Origin: Candidatus Parcubacteria bacterium
GTDB lineage: Bacteria; Patescibacteriota; Minisyncoccia; Phycocordibacterales; CAIZLB01
Assembly (NCBI GenBank): GCA_039795875.1
Contig: JBDKKY010000003.1
Coordinates: 1-48,264 of the forward strand
Reading direction: 5' to 3'
Length of the DNA: 48,264 bases
Part shown: in pieces, positions 18,681 through 28,925 of the stretch
Numbering within the stretch: position 1 is the first letter of the stretch
Layout: each line of letters starts with the position of its first letter
The notes under the pieces: generated by a model
Database searches by the model: none
The model's input: the letters and a program-made list of their open reading frames with translations, nothing else
What the model was told of the DNA's origin: nothing
Position numbers and translations under genes: made by a program

Positions 18681-18930
18681 GCTTTTTTAGTTTTCTACGT
18701 GCTATGTTTTCATCGAATAATTTCAATACCTCTTCGGCTGGTATACCCCCTTTTCGATATTGAGTAAAATCAATAATTGTCTCCCAAGTACTCTCTACGG
18801 GGGGAGTAATCTTAAAGAGAGCTTTGGATCGTTTCATCACGATCAGCTCTTCATCCTCATCTTTTTCCATAAGTTTGACGTATTTTTCTACGTCCTCTCT
18901 GAAAGCTTTTAAGTTTACTATTTTAGTCAT
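18649..18930 (-). CDS. Phd/YefM-like antitoxin
   Basis: MTKIVNLKAFREDVEKYV...ELIVMKRSKALFKITP Phd-like N-terminus. First gene of a two-gene operon. Confidence 0.65.
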   Translation of the reverse strand: MTKIVNLKAFREDVEKYVKLMEKDEDEELIVMKRSKALFKITPPVESTWETIIDFTQYRKGGIPAEEVLKLFDENIARRKLKKHGQSNSEKHR

Positions 18931-18935
18931 ATTTG

Positions 18936-18965
18936 AAAGATTATCAAAAGATAATCTTTTGTCAA
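18936..18965 (-). promoter_or_regulatory. TA promoter with palindromic operator
   Basis: TTGACA (18965-18960) and TG-a-TAATCT. Perfect palindrome AAAGATTATC-aaaa-GATAATCTTT (18936-18959) covers the spacer and -10. Confidence 0.8.
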
Positions 18966-19102
18966 TGACAGGAGGGCGTTCTCTCGTGGTGTGATGGGTC
19001 ATATAGCAAATTTATCATAAGGGAGTTGTGCAAAACCGTAAGAAACTCTAAAGAAAAAGTAAATATATTCGGATCCTAGTGGGTGTGATACTATATACCC
19101 AT

Positions 19103-19675
19103 ATGCAACCAAAAGTACTGATAATCACAGCGCATCCTAGCCCAAAAGGATTTACTCATAAGATTGCGGATGCATTTGCTCAGGGTGCTCGAGAGGGTGG
19201 AAAGGTCGTGGAGATTATTGATCTGTATAAAACTAATTTAAAACAAGATTTTCTGACATTTGAAGAAAAATCAGATATGGCCAAAGCCGATCCGATTCGG
19301 AGTGCTATCCAAAGTAAGATTCAAGGCGCCAGTGAGTTGGTATTTGTTCACCCTCTATGGTGGATGGGGACACCGGCTATCATGAAGAACTTTATTGATA
19401 TCAATATCAGTTCTCAATTTGCTTTTAGATATGTAAAAGGTTGGCCATTAGGTTTGTTGAAGGGTAAAAAGGGCCATGTTTTCATTACCTGTGATGGACG
19501 AATGTGGTTATACTGGCTGATGGCGATTCCTTTTAGAACTATTTGGAATCTGGGAACTTTACGATTTTGTGGGATTAAGCCGGTTACATTTAAAGTGTTG
19601 CATGAAAAATATAGACGAACTGAAGAATATTTAAATAATTTCTTAGTAAAAGTTAAAGCGATTGGGAAGAGGTAA
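19103..19675 (+). CDS. Flavodoxin-fold NAD(P)H-dependent (quinone) oxidoreductase
   Basis: AHPSPKGF, HPLWWMGTPAIMKNFID, GLLKGKK. Confidence 0.88.
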   Translation: MQPKVLIITAHPSPKGFTHKIADAFAQGAREGGKVVEIIDLYKTNLKQDFLTFEEKSDMAKADPIRSAIQSKIQGASELVFVHPLWWMGTPAIMKNFIDINISSQFAFRYVKGWPLGLLKGKKGHVFITCDGRMWLYWLMAIPFRTIWNLGTLRFCGIKPVTFKVLHEKYRRTEEYLNNFLVKVKAIGKR

Positions 19676-19685
19676 ATCGAGAAAT

Positions 19686-19724
19686 AAAACGACCGCCGGA
19701 CGCACTATGTGCGCCGGCGGTTTT
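19686..19724. terminator. Bidirectional intrinsic terminator
   Basis: ACCGCCGG(a)CGCAC-tat-GTGCGCCGGCGGT flanked by A and T tracts, between convergent genes. Confidence 0.8.
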
Positions 19725-19732
19725 GGGTTGGG

Positions 19733-20101
19733 TTATCTCCAATCACCACGATCGGGAGGGGTGATGTTGAGGTATTCGAGGGCCCTTTTCATGATCCGGA
19801 CGAGGTCAGTGCGCCCGGTTTCTTGATGAAGAGCGCGAATCTGATTGCCGGTCAGAGCCTCAAACTCAAACAAGGCTCTGATAGACCTGGGTCTGGTAAC
19901 TCCTTGTGTGGCCAGGAAGTTTCTTTGTACGAGTGTGGCGACGTCTGCGTCGGTAAGCAGACAGAACTTGCCGGCAGTTGGAAGTTCTTTGTAGAATCCT
20001 TGGTTGGTCCACACAACTTTGTGGGGGAAAAGGACTCGACGGGTGGTTAGGACTGTGGCGGGGCGGGGAGGTGGCTGTATATATCTATGAGGGGCAGGCA
20101 T
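19733..20101 (-). CDS. Hypothetical protein (orphan cassette)
   Basis: 122-aa ORF with own TTGACC-17-TAGGCT promoter (20171-20143) and terminator. Confidence 0.65.
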   Translation of the reverse strand: MPAPHRYIQPPPRPATVLTTRRVLFPHKVVWTNQGFYKELPTAGKFCLLTDADVATLVQRNFLATQGVTRPRSIRALFEFEALTGNQIRALHQETGRTDLVRIMKRALEYLNITPPDRGDWR

Positions 20102-20172
20102 GGCGTGGTATGGGTGAATGGTGAAAGGTCGGGGACAAGTTCAGCCTACCTCAACTAGAATATAAGGTCAAT

Positions 20173-20209
20173 AAAAACCACCCCAGACACGTTTTACCGT
20201 GTAAGGGGT
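20173..20209 (-). terminator. Intrinsic terminator abutting the next promoter's -35
   Basis: Minus strand ACCCC-tt-ACACG...CGTGT-ct-GGGGT then GGTTTTT. Confidence 0.65.
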
Positions 20210-20212
20210 CTG

Positions 20213-20533
20213 TTATTCAAGCTCGTAGAGCCAGGTTGTGTCGGCGGAGAATAGGCCTTTGCCAGGATAGATTGTTTGGACACCAACAAGACCTTTTGAG
20301 CCTAGAACGAGGCGGTACATCCAGCTGTTTTTCGTTGGTACATAAACTAGACTTGTTCCAAAAGTAGGCAAGGGCAGGCGAAACAGGTTGCGGGCCAGTA
20401 CTTGCCATTTTGGGGTGCAGTAATGAATCAACGCTCTGGTATTGATATCTTTTCTGGTCAAGCGACGAGTGAGACGAAGGTCTCGAGGAGTGAAAAGTAT
20501 GAACTGACACTCCCTTGTATCAAATGTGTCCAT
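20213..20533 (-). CDS. Hypothetical protein (orphan cassette)
   Basis: 106-aa ORF. Extended -10 TG-a-TATCTT near 20569-20561 and C-rich leader. Confidence 0.6.
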   Translation of the reverse strand: MDTFDTRECQFILFTPRDLRLTRRLTRKDINTRALIHYCTPKWQVLARNLFRLPLPTFGTSLVYVPTKNSWMYRLVLGSKGLVGVQTIYPGKGLFSADTTWLYELE

Positions 20534-20584
20534 GGTGCGGGAGTGGTTGGAGTTAAAAGCAAGATATCATATCTCTGAAAATAT

Positions 20585-20623
20585 AAAAGCCCTCCGAAGC
20601 GCATCGGGTGCGCCACGGAGGGT
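20585..20623 (-). terminator. Intrinsic terminator
   Basis: CCCTCCG...GCGCA/TGCGC...CGGAGGG hairpin with T tract on the minus strand. Confidence 0.7.
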
Positions 20624-20632
20624 TCGGGTGCT

Positions 20633-21073
20633 TTATTCTGCAAATACAGTTCGGAGGTAGTTCGGGTGGTTCAGCGGCTCCACTGTTCCGTAACCTTTAG
20701 CGTGCACAGCTTTTTCCATCTGATACGTTCCAGTTGGATTCAGACCTAGAAAGGCAACATCACAAACTCCGTTAAAAAGGCTGGGGTTCAGGGTTGTTCC
20801 GAAGATGGGGAGCACTCCGGCTTGTTCGGCCAACTCATTGACCCTATGTCGAAGCATCTGGGTGGTCAGGTTGAGTTTGAATTGACGCAATAGTTCCGGA
20901 GAAGTCAGGATGGCTTGGCCATTCTTTGTTCTTAAAGCCTCTTTTTCGATCAGCTCGGCGTTTATGCCTAGTCGTTGCCGTGCGGCCAAGAGCAGGCTAG
21001 GTTGACGAGGCAACTCTTTGTGTCGGAGACAGATTTCAAGCAGGGTAGGGGCAGGTTCAGAAGGTGCGGACAT
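20633..21073 (-). CDS. Hypothetical protein (orphan cassette)
   Basis: ORF with TTGACT-18-CATAAT promoter (21129-21100). ATG 21073 preferred over TTG 21094. Confidence 0.65.
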   Translation of the reverse strand: MSAPSEPAPTLLEICLRHKELPRQPSLLLAARQRLGINAELIEKEALRTKNGQAILTSPELLRQFKLNLTTQMLRHRVNELAEQAGVLPIFGTTLNPSLFNGVCDVAFLGLNPTGTYQMEKAVHAKGYGTVEPLNHPNYLRTVFAE

Positions 21074-21168
21074 ATAAAGTGGGGTTGATTTCAATATACA
21101 TTATGCCACAGATACCTCTATATAGTCAAACCAGCCCCTTTATCCACCCCCCAACCTCCGAAAAACCC

Positions 21169-21197
21169 TTGCATTGCAGCCTAAAACATGATACAGT
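21169..21197 (+). promoter_or_regulatory. rpoBC promoter
   Basis: TTGCAT-17 nt-TACAGT with extended TG, about 100-nt leader. Confidence 0.6.
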
Positions 21198-21305
21198 CTC
21201 TGTAGCGTAAATCGATTGAGTACCTCCAGACTTTTATCGCTTTTATTAATTCCTAAATTCTAATATTTCCATCACCTGAACACGTCAGGGGATATTCTAT
21301 ATATT

Positions 21306-24300
21306 ATGTTAAAAAAGAAACACTTCTCACGTTTTCGTGAGCCGCTTGCGCCATTACCAAACTTAGTGGAAGGACAGATTCAGTCATACCGAGTCTTGCT
21401 GGAGAGAGGGTTAACAGAAGTATTCTCAGAATTTTCATCAATAAAAGACTATACAGAGAAAAAATTTGAATTCCGATTTGAAGGAATGCGTCTTGATCGT
21501 CCAAAATTTGACGAATTCTACGCCAAAGAAAATAAAGTAAACTACGAAGCCACAATCAAGGCGACTATCAAGTTGATTAACAAAGTTACTGGTTCTGAAA
21601 AAGAACAGGAGCTTTTTATGGCTGATATTCCAATGATGACAGAGCACGGAACATTTATTATCAACGGTATTGAGCGATGTATTGTGCCACAGCTTGCCCG
21701 ATCTTTCGGAGCATTTTTCACATCATCAGAATCAAAAGGACGAATCTTCCTTGGAGCGAAGATTATTCCAAATCGAGGATCATGGATTGAGATCGATTCA
21801 GATCCAGACGGAGCTATCTATGTTCGAATGGACAAGAAGCGAAAATTCCCAGTCACAACATTGCTCCGAGCTCTTGGGGCCGTGACAGATTCAGATATTA
21901 AAGCGTTATTTAAAGGAAATGATCACGCAACTACATTTATTGAGCACACATTAGCCAAAGATCACACAAAAACTCCGGATGAGGCCTATGTTGAGATTTA
22001 CAAAAAGATGCGAGACGGAGAACTTGCTACAGCACAAAATGCTAAAGAATTTGTCGAGGGTTTGTTTAAACCAGATCGATATGACCTTTCACCTGTAGGA
22101 CGATTCCGATTCAACCAACGGTTTGGTAAAGATATGGACGTAAAAGCCTTGGCACGAACAACATTGAATATGGACGATTTTGTAACATTGATCGATCAGA
22201 TCTCTACACTTTCACATATTCCAGATGCCGAAGTTGACGATGTTGATCACCTTGGATCACGACGTGTTAAGTTCGTCGGTGAGCAGCTGCAACAAAAAGT
22301 TCGATTTGCGTTACTTCAGATCAAGAAAAACATTCAAAACCGAATGTCGACTATTGAAACTGATGTAAGTCAGCCTATGCAAATGATTTCTCCTCGACCC
22401 TTGCAGGCTCGAATCAAGGAATATTTTAGTACAAACCAATTGTCACAGTTCATGAGTCAGGAAAACATTTTGGCTGAACTAGAGCACTTGCGAACCGTTA
22501 CAGCTCTTGGACAAGGAGGTTTGACACGAGAACGAGCTGGAGTTGAAGTTCGAGACGTACACCCATCTCACTATGGTCGTGTTTGCCCTGTTCACACACC
22601 TGAAGGTCAAAACATCGGACTTGTATTGCACTTGTCAGCCTACGCTAAGATTAACCACTTCGGTATGATCGAAACACCATATGCGAAAGTTAAGAATGGT
22701 AAAATTACCAAAGAGGTTGTGTATCTAGATGCTCTACAAGAAGAAGGATTCAAGATTGCCCACGCCGCTATTGCGTATGAAAAAGACGGAACAATTACAG
22801 ATGATTTTGTAGAAGTTCGTCTAAAAGGAGACCCTATTGTGGTTCCAAAAAATGAGATCGATCTTATCGACGTTGCACCAGAACAACCTTTCTCTATTTC
22901 TACATCTATGATTCCGTTCGTGAACCACGACGATGCCAACCGATCTTTGATGGGTTCTGGTATGCAGAAACAAGCAACACCTTGTATCGTGCCTGAAGCG
23001 GCGTATGTTGCAACTGGTATTGAAGAGACTGCTGCTCGAGACACAGGACGAGTTATCATTGCGCCTGAAGACGGAGAGATCATACAAGTAGATGCAGCGT
23101 CTATCACCTTAAAAGGAAAGCGAGAGACCAAATTTAAACTAGCTATCTTTAACAAAACAAACCAGTTTACAGTATTCCATCAACGACCAACTGTATCTCT
23201 TGGAGAAAAAGTTAAACGAGGTGATGTTTTGGCAGATACATCAACATCAGTAGGTGGACAAACAGCACTTGGACAAAATATCCTGATTGCCTTCTTGGCA
23301 TGGAGTGGAGCAAACTACGAGGATGCCATTATCATCTCTGAGAACTTGGTAAAACAATCTAAATTTACATCTATCCACATCGAAGAGTTTGTCATCAACG
23401 TTCGAGATACAAAACTAGGACCTGAGGTCAACACTCACGATATTCCAAACGTATCTGAAGCAAAATTGAAAGACTTGGATGCTGAAGGTATCGTGCGAAT
23501 CGGTGCTGAAGTTCGACCGGGTGATATTCTTGTCGGAAAGATTACTCCAAAAACAGAAACCCAATTAACTCCAGAAGAGCGGTTGTTACGATCTATTTTC
23601 GGTGATCGAGCTCGAGATGTAAAAGATACATCAAAGCGTCTTGAAAATGGAAAGCGAGGACGAGTTATCGGTGTTAAAACATTCTCACGAGAGCGAGGCG
23701 ACAAACTAGAGTCAGGTATTATCAAGCGAATCTATATTGAAGTTGCGCTTCTTCGAAACGTATCTGTTGGAGATAAGCTTGCTGGACGACACGGAAACAA
23801 AGGAGTTATCTCACGAGTTCTTCCGGTTGAAGATATGCCATATATGGCTGACGGAACACCGGTGGATATGATCCTAACACCTCTTGGTGTGCCATCACGT
23901 ATGAACTTGGGACAGATTCTAGAGCTTCACTTGGGTCTTGCAGCTGCAAAGATGCAGTATCAAGCCATCGTTCCTGCCTTTATGGGACCAACAGCTGAAG
24001 AAGTACAAGATGAGTTAGAAAAAGCTGGATACAATCGATCAGGAAAAATGAAATTATTCGATGGACGAACAGGAGAGGCTTTTGCTCAAGACGTGTCTGT
24101 TGGATACATGTATATGCTTAAACTCCACCACATGGTTGAGGATAAGATCCACGCTCGTTCAACTGGACCATACTCTTTGATCACACAACAACCACTTGGA
24201 GGTAAAGCTCAAGGAGGAGGACAAAGATTTGGAGAAATGGAAGTGTGGGCACTTGCAGGTTACGGTGCCTCACATACATTGCGAGAAATGCTAACTATTA

Positions 24301-24593
24301 AGTCTGATGATATTCAAGGTCGATCAGCAGCGTACGATGCTATTGTGAAGGGCGAGACATTGAGTGACCCAAATACACCGGCATCATTTAACGTGCTGCT
24401 TTCAAACTTGCGAGGTCTATGTATTGATGTTGGATTCGACAATAAAGACGGAAAACATCTTGACATCGGTCTTGACATTGGCCATGACGGCACAAAAGTA
24501 CAGATAGATACAGAACATATGGACGGCATCGATGAAGAGGATGAAGCAGGATTACTAGGAGAAGAAGAAATGACAGAGATTAAAGAAGAATAA
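21306..24593 (+). CDS. rpoB: DNA-directed RNA polymerase beta subunit
   Basis: GTFIINGIER, DHLGSRR, TPEGQNIGL, GDKLAGRHGNKG, GGQRFGEME. Confidence 0.99.
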   Translation: MLKKKHFSRFREPLAPLPNLVEGQIQSYRVLLERGLTEVFSEFSSIKDYTEKKFEFRFEGMRLDRPKFDEFYAKENKVNYEATIKATIKLINKVTGSEKEQELFMADIPMMTEHGTFIINGIERCIVPQLARSFGAFFTSSESKGRIFLGAKIIPNRGSWIEIDSDPDGAIYVRMDKKRKFPVTTLLRALGAVTDSDIKALFKGNDHATTFIEHTLAKDHTKTPDEAYVEIYKKMRDGELATAQNAKEFVEGLFKPDRYDLSPVGRFRFNQRFGKDMDVKALARTTLNMDDFVTLIDQISTLSHIPDAEVDDVDHLGSRRVKFVGEQLQQKVRFALLQIKKNIQNRMSTIETDVSQPMQMISPRPLQARIKEYFSTNQLSQFMSQENILAELEHLRTVTALGQGGLTRERAGVEVRDVHPSHYGRVCPVHTPEGQNIGLVLHLSAYAKINHFGMIETPYAKVKNGKITKEVVYLDALQEEGFKIAHAAIAYEKDGTITDDFVEVRLKGDPIVVPKNEIDLIDVAPEQPFSISTSMIPFVNHDDANRSLMGSGMQKQATPCIVPEAAYVATGIEETAARDTGRVIIAPEDGEIIQVDAASITLKGKRETKFKLAIFNKTNQFTVFHQRPTVSLGEKVKRGDVLADTSTSVGGQTALGQNILIAFLAWSGANYEDAIIISENLVKQSKFTSIHIEEFVINVRDTKLGPEVNTHDIPNVSEAKLKDLDAEGIVRIGAEVRPGDILVGKITPKTETQLTPEERLLRSIFGDRARDVKDTSKRLENGKRGRVIGVKTFSRERGDKLESGIIKRIYIEVALLRNVSVGDKLAGRHGNKGVISRVLPVEDMPYMADGTPVDMILTPLGVPSRMNLGQILELHLGLAAAKMQYQAIVPAFMGPTAEEVQDELEKAGYNRSGKMKLFDGRTGEAFAQDVSVGYMYMLKLHHMVEDKIHARSTGPYSLITQQPLGGKAQGGGQRFGEMEVWALAGYGASHTLREMLTIKSDDIQGRSAAYDAIVKGETLSDPNTPASFNVLLSNLRGLCIDVGFDNKDGKHLDIGLDIGHDGTKVQIDTEHMDGIDEEDEAGLLGEEEMTEIKEE

Positions 24594-24632
24594 AAAATCC
24601 AACGCATCAAACTAAATAAAAAATAAAAATTT

Positions 24633-27600
24633 ATGTTCCCAAACAAAAAACTTAAAACAAAATCTTCTATCGATGACCTGGATTCAGTATTTATCAAATT
24701 GGCCTCACCTGATAAGATTCGAGCCTGGTCACGCGGAGAAGTTCGACGACCGGAGACAATGAACTATCGAACACAACGAAGTGAACGAGATGGTCTTTTC
24801 TGTGAAAAGATTTTTGGTCCAGAAAAAGATTATGAGTGTTATTGTGGTAAATACAAAGGTATTCGATACAAAGGCATTATTTGTGAAAAATGTGGAGTAG
24901 AGATCACTCGAGCGATCGTTCGACGAGAGCGAATGGGTCACATCGAACTATCAGTACCAGTTGCACACATCTGGTTCTTGAAGAACATGCCATCACGAAT
25001 TGCCACTATCCTTGGAATGAACCCAGCCGATGTAGAGAAGGTGGTATATTTTGCCGGATATTTGATTACAAAAGTAGACGAGAAAGAAAAAGCTAAACTA
25101 CACAAAGAACTTGATGATGAGTTTAAGTTAAAGATGAAGGCTATTGTAGATGAGAAGACTAAAAAAGCACTTCTAGATTTGATGACTGGTATCAAACAAG
25201 ATATCGATCTTATCCAAGTTGGTAAAGTGCTTGATGAAAACCAATATCACAAGTTTTCATATAAATTCGGTAGTGCCTTTGAGGCCGGTATTGGTGGGGA
25301 AGCCATTCACGCCATTCTTGGTACTTTGAATCTGCAAGATCTACAAAAGAAATTGACTGTTGATCTTGAGAAAGCTGGAACAGCAGAACGAGAAAAAATT
25401 ATTCGACGTTTGGGTTTTATAAATGGCATGATCAAAGCTGGAGTTCGACCAGAGTGGACATTCGTAAAAGCCTTACCAGTTATTCCTGCAGCATTGCGAC
25501 CCATGGTTGCACTTGATGGTGGGCGACAAGCGACATCAGATGTAAACGATCTATACCGACGAGTAATCAACCGAAACAATCGATTGAAAAAACTTAACGA
25601 GATCAAAGCTCCTGATGTTATTCTACGAAACGAAAAGCGTATCTTGCAAGAAGCCGTAGACGCTCTACTTGATAACTCAATGAAAGGAAACGGTGCCGCA
25701 TTTTCAGGAATCAACCCTGCTCAAAAACGACCTCTAAAATCTATCGCTGACAACCTAAAAGGTAAGCGGGGTCTATTTCGACAAAACTTGCTTGGTAAAC
25801 GTGTAGACTACTCAGGACGTTCTGTAATTGTGGTAGGTCCAAACTTGAAGTTCCATGAATGTGGATTGCCAAAACACATGGCGCTGGAATTGTTCAAACC
25901 TTTCGTCATCTCTGAGATTCTACGAAAAGAACTTGCTTTCCAGATTAAGGGTGCAAGTAGAATGATTGAAGAGCAGTCACCAGAAGTTTGGGAAATCCTA
26001 GAAGATGTCATCAAAGGAAAATATGTATTACTCAACCGAGCTCCAACACTACACCGATTGTCAGTACAAGCGTTCCAGCCGGTTCTTATTGAAGGAAATG
26101 CGATCCAGATCCACCCACTCGTTTGTTCTCCATTTAACGCCGACTTCGACGGAGACACAATGTCAGTACACGTTCCTCTTTCAGAAGAAGCACAATACGA
26201 AGCCCGAAACATTATGGCTTCAAGTCGAAACATCTTGAAGCCAGGATCAGGAGATGCAACAGTCACAAACAAAATGTTGGACATTGTTCTTGGTACATAT
26301 TGGGTAACTAAGATTGTTGATGACGAGCCAGGAGCAGGCAAATACTTTGAATCTCCTGCAGCTGTTATCGCCGCGTTGGATCACAATATCATTGGATATC
26401 GAGCGCCAATCAAAGTTCGAATTTCAGAAGCTGATGTAACAAAATACAAGGATGCTGCAGGTACTATGTTGGATACAACTGCAGGACGAATCTTGTTTAA
26501 CCAATTGCTTCCAGATGATGTTGTTTTCATTAACCGAGAGATCAACAAATCAGTCCTTACTGCGACTATCGATGATCTTATCTTGAATAAAGGAAAAGAT
26601 GTTGTGGCCCCATGGATCGACGCTATCAAAGAGTTTGGATTCAGATTTGCAACGATGTCAGGTATCACTTGGAGTATTTCAGATGTAAAAATTCCTCAAG
26701 AGAAATACGCTCTTCTAAATGAATCTACTGCCAACGCAGATAAGATCCAAGCATCATATAATGCCGGTCTATTATCAGAAGACGAGAAACATATGAAGAT
26801 TGTTCGGCTGTGGCAAGATACTCAAGCTCGAATTGAGAAATTGATTCCAGGAACATTTGATCCTAAAGGATCAGTAAACGACATGGTATTCTCAGGAGCT
26901 CGAGGTACACTAGGACAGCTCAACCAGATGGTGGGTATGAAAGGTTTGATCGCGACCGCTCAAGGTTCAACTATTGAGCTTCCTATTAGATCTTCATTTA
27001 TTGAAGGGCTGACACCGATCGAATATTTCGTTTCAACTCACGGTGCCCGAAAAGGTATGACTGATACAGCCTTGAACACTGCTAAAGCCGGATATTTGAC
27101 ACGTAAGTTGTTCGTGCTCGCACAAAGTGTGATGGTTACAGAAGAAGATTGTAAGACAAAAGAATTTATTACGATCACTAAAGCTACGGCTTCAGGTATC
27201 GAGACAAACTTCTCTAAGAACTTATTTGGACGAACGGCTGCCAAAGATATTGAAGACGCACAGGGAAATGTATTGTTCAAAAAAGGACATATTCTTTCTA
27301 AGCTTGATGCTCAAGCAGTTGAAAAAGCTGGACTGACAGAAGTAGTGATTCGATCACCTCTAGGTTGCAAAACACATCGAGGAGTGTGTGCCTATTGTTA
27401 CGGAGCCGACCTGTCAACTGGTTCTATCATCGATGTAGGCGAGTCAGTAGGAACAATTGCCGCTCAAGCCATCGGAGAGCCAGGTACACAGTTAACTATG
27501 CGAACATTCCACGCCGGAGGAGTTGCGGTTGCTGGAGGAGATATTACAGCCGGATTGCCACGTGTTGAGGAATTGTTCGAAAACCGGACACCTAAGAACT

Positions 27601-28373
27601 CAGCGGCTCTTGCCTCAGTAGAGGGAGTCGTTACAGCCGTAGTAGATAAGGGACATGAGAAAATCATCCGAGTTCTTCCAGATGTGCCAGTAAAGGCTAC
27701 TGCTAAGAAAGGTGCCGAGATCGAATACTCATTCCACCACGCTCGTATTCCAAACGTAAAAGTAGGACAAGCTGTCACAAAAGGACAAATCATGAGTGAT
27801 GGATCAGTCGATGTAGACATGTTGTACGAATACGCTGGTAAAGATGTTGCACAGGCGTATATCATCAGTGAAGTTAAAAAGATTTACGAGTTGCAAGGAG
27901 ATAACTTGTCTCGAAAACACATCGAAATCATCGTTCGAGAAATGTTTAACCGAGTACGAGTCACTAACAAGGCTGACAGTGAATTGTCAGAAGGAGATGT
28001 GATCGAGTCATTCGAATTCTTTATTACAAATGAGAAGCTTGAAGCCGCAGGTAAAATGCCACTTAAGGGTAAACAAGTAATCATGGGTACTATGGAAGCC
28101 TCATTGAATCGACAATCATTCTTGGCTGCTGCTTCATTTCAAAACACAAACCGAATCTTGGTAAACGCTGCTCTAAAAGGTCATCACGATCCACTATACG
28201 GTATTATGGAAAATACGCTGATTGGTCGGTTGATCCCAGTTGGTACCGGATTCCCGGGTAGTCAAAAACAATTGGCTATCGCTAAGATCCAGGCTGAGAT
28301 CGCTGCTGCTGATGAATTGAAATACCTAGATCAAGCAGAGGTGAGTACAATGAAGAGATTTGGAGATGAATAA
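24633..28373 (+). CDS. rpoC: DNA-directed RNA polymerase beta' subunit
   Basis: CYCGKY...CEKCG zinc site, [20 protein letters not shown]. Confidence 0.99.
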   Translation: MFPNKKLKTKSSIDDLDSVFIKLASPDKIRAWSRGEVRRPETMNYRTQRSERDGLFCEKIFGPEKDYECYCGKYKGIRYKGIICEKCGVEITRAIVRRERMGHIELSVPVAHIWFLKNMPSRIATILGMNPADVEKVVYFAGYLITKVDEKEKAKLHKELDDEFKLKMKAIVDEKTKKALLDLMTGIKQDIDLIQVGKVLDENQYHKFSYKFGSAFEAGIGGEAIHAILGTLNLQDLQKKLTVDLEKAGTAEREKIIRRLGFINGMIKAGVRPEWTFVKALPVIPAALRPMVALDGGRQATSDVNDLYRRVINRNNRLKKLNEIKAPDVILRNEKRILQEAVDALLDNSMKGNGAAFSGINPAQKRPLKSIADNLKGKRGLFRQNLLGKRVDYSGRSVIVVGPNLKFHECGLPKHMALELFKPFVISEILRKELAFQIKGASRMIEEQSPEVWEILEDVIKGKYVLLNRAPTLHRLSVQAFQPVLIEGNAIQIHPLVCSPFNADFDGDTMSVHVPLSEEAQYEARNIMASSRNILKPGSGDATVTNKMLDIVLGTYWVTKIVDDEPGAGKYFESPAAVIAALDHNIIGYRAPIKVRISEADVTKYKDAAGTMLDTTAGRILFNQLLPDDVVFINREINKSVLTATIDDLILNKGKDVVAPWIDAIKEFGFRFATMSGITWSISDVKIPQEKYALLNESTANADKIQASYNAGLLSEDEKHMKIVRLWQDTQARIEKLIPGTFDPKGSVNDMVFSGARGTLGQLNQMVGMKGLIATAQGSTIELPIRSSFIEGLTPIEYFVSTHGARKGMTDTALNTAKAGYLTRKLFVLAQSVMVTEEDCKTKEFITITKATASGIETNFSKNLFGRTAAKDIEDAQGNVLFKKGHILSKLDAQAVEKAGLTEVVIRSPLGCKTHRGVCAYCYGADLSTGSIIDVGESVGTIAAQAIGEPGTQLTMRTFHAGGVAVAGGDITAGLPRVEELFENRTPKNSAALASVEGVVTAVVDKGHEKIIRVLPDVPVKATAKKGAEIEYSFHHARIPNVKVGQAVTKGQIMSDGSVDVDMLYEYAGKDVAQAYIISEVKKIYELQGDNLSRKHIEIIVREMFNRVRVTNKADSELSEGDVIESFEFFITNEKLEAAGKMPLKGKQVIMGTMEASLNRQSFLAAASFQNTNRILVNAALKGHHDPLYGIMENTLIGRLIPVGTGFPGSQKQLAIAKIQAEIAAADELKYLDQAEVSTMKRFGDE

Positions 28374-28393
28374 ACCCTCTTCGTTCCGATAGA

Positions 28394-28431
28394 GAAAAAA
28401 CGCCACAATCCGCAAGGAGAGGCGTTTTTTC
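28394..28431 (+). terminator. rpoBC terminator
   Basis: GAAAAAACGCC...GGCGTTTTTTC inverted repeat. Confidence 0.8.
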
Positions 28432-28454
28432 ATTTGCTATGATATACTCCGTAC

Positions 28455-28919
28455 ATGACAGAAACAACACTACACGCCCAAATTAAGGGTCAAATAAAAG
28501 AAGCTATGATGGCTAAAGATGCCGTAAGATTATCAGTCATGCGAGGTCTTGTAACCGCTTGTACAAATGAGCTTGTCACAAAAGGTAAAATGCCCCAAGA
28601 TGTGCTTGATGATGAAGAAGTATTGGCAGTTATCCGACGACAAGTAAAACAACGAAAAGACTCTATTGAGCAATTTATAAGCGGAGGTCGACCAGAGTTG
28701 GCTGAAGGAGAACAGGCTGAACTTGCCGTACTTGAAGTATTTCTTCCGGCCATGATGCCTGAGGAAGAGGTGATTAAGATCGTTGCTGCTAAAAAGGCCG
28801 AGATGGGTATCACAGATAAGAAAGATATGGGAAAATTTATGGCTGAGGTTATGAAAGACTTGAAAGGCAAAGCTGATGGCGCAGTAGTTAAAAAAGCTGT
28901 TGATGAGTCTTTCGCTTAA
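28455..28919 (+). CDS. GatB/YqeY domain protein
   Basis: IKEAMMAKD, KQRKDSIEQF, KKDMGKFM, GKADG. Confidence 0.92.
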   Translation: MTETTLHAQIKGQIKEAMMAKDAVRLSVMRGLVTACTNELVTKGKMPQDVLDDEEVLAVIRRQVKQRKDSIEQFISGGRPELAEGEQAELAVLEVFLPAMMPEEEVIKIVAAKKAEMGITDKKDMGKFMAEVMKDLKGKADGAVVKKAVDESFA

Positions 28920-28925
28920 GAATTC

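Noticed and set aside
19709-20050. Plus-strand 113-aa ORF opposite the 19733-20101 orphan
   Set aside because: Starts inside a terminator hairpin. Promoter, leader and terminator signals support the minus-strand ORF.
19686-20623. Integron attC sites between the tandem orphans (TAAC at two stops, bulged hairpins, distal GTT)
   Set aside because: The putative R'' and R' boxes are not complementary, the third unit lacks them, the hairpins have T-tracts typical of terminators, and no IntI is in the window.
21306-28373. Inteins, introns or an rpoB-rpoC fusion
   Set aside because: Both ORFs are continuous, of ordinary length, and separated by a stop and a 39-nt spacer.
21304-28470. Numerous antisense and alternate-frame ORFs within rpoB/rpoC (and similarly in kpsF, pyk, uvrB, yqeY)
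   Set aside because: Shadow ORFs from codon bias, with no start context or recognisable motifs.
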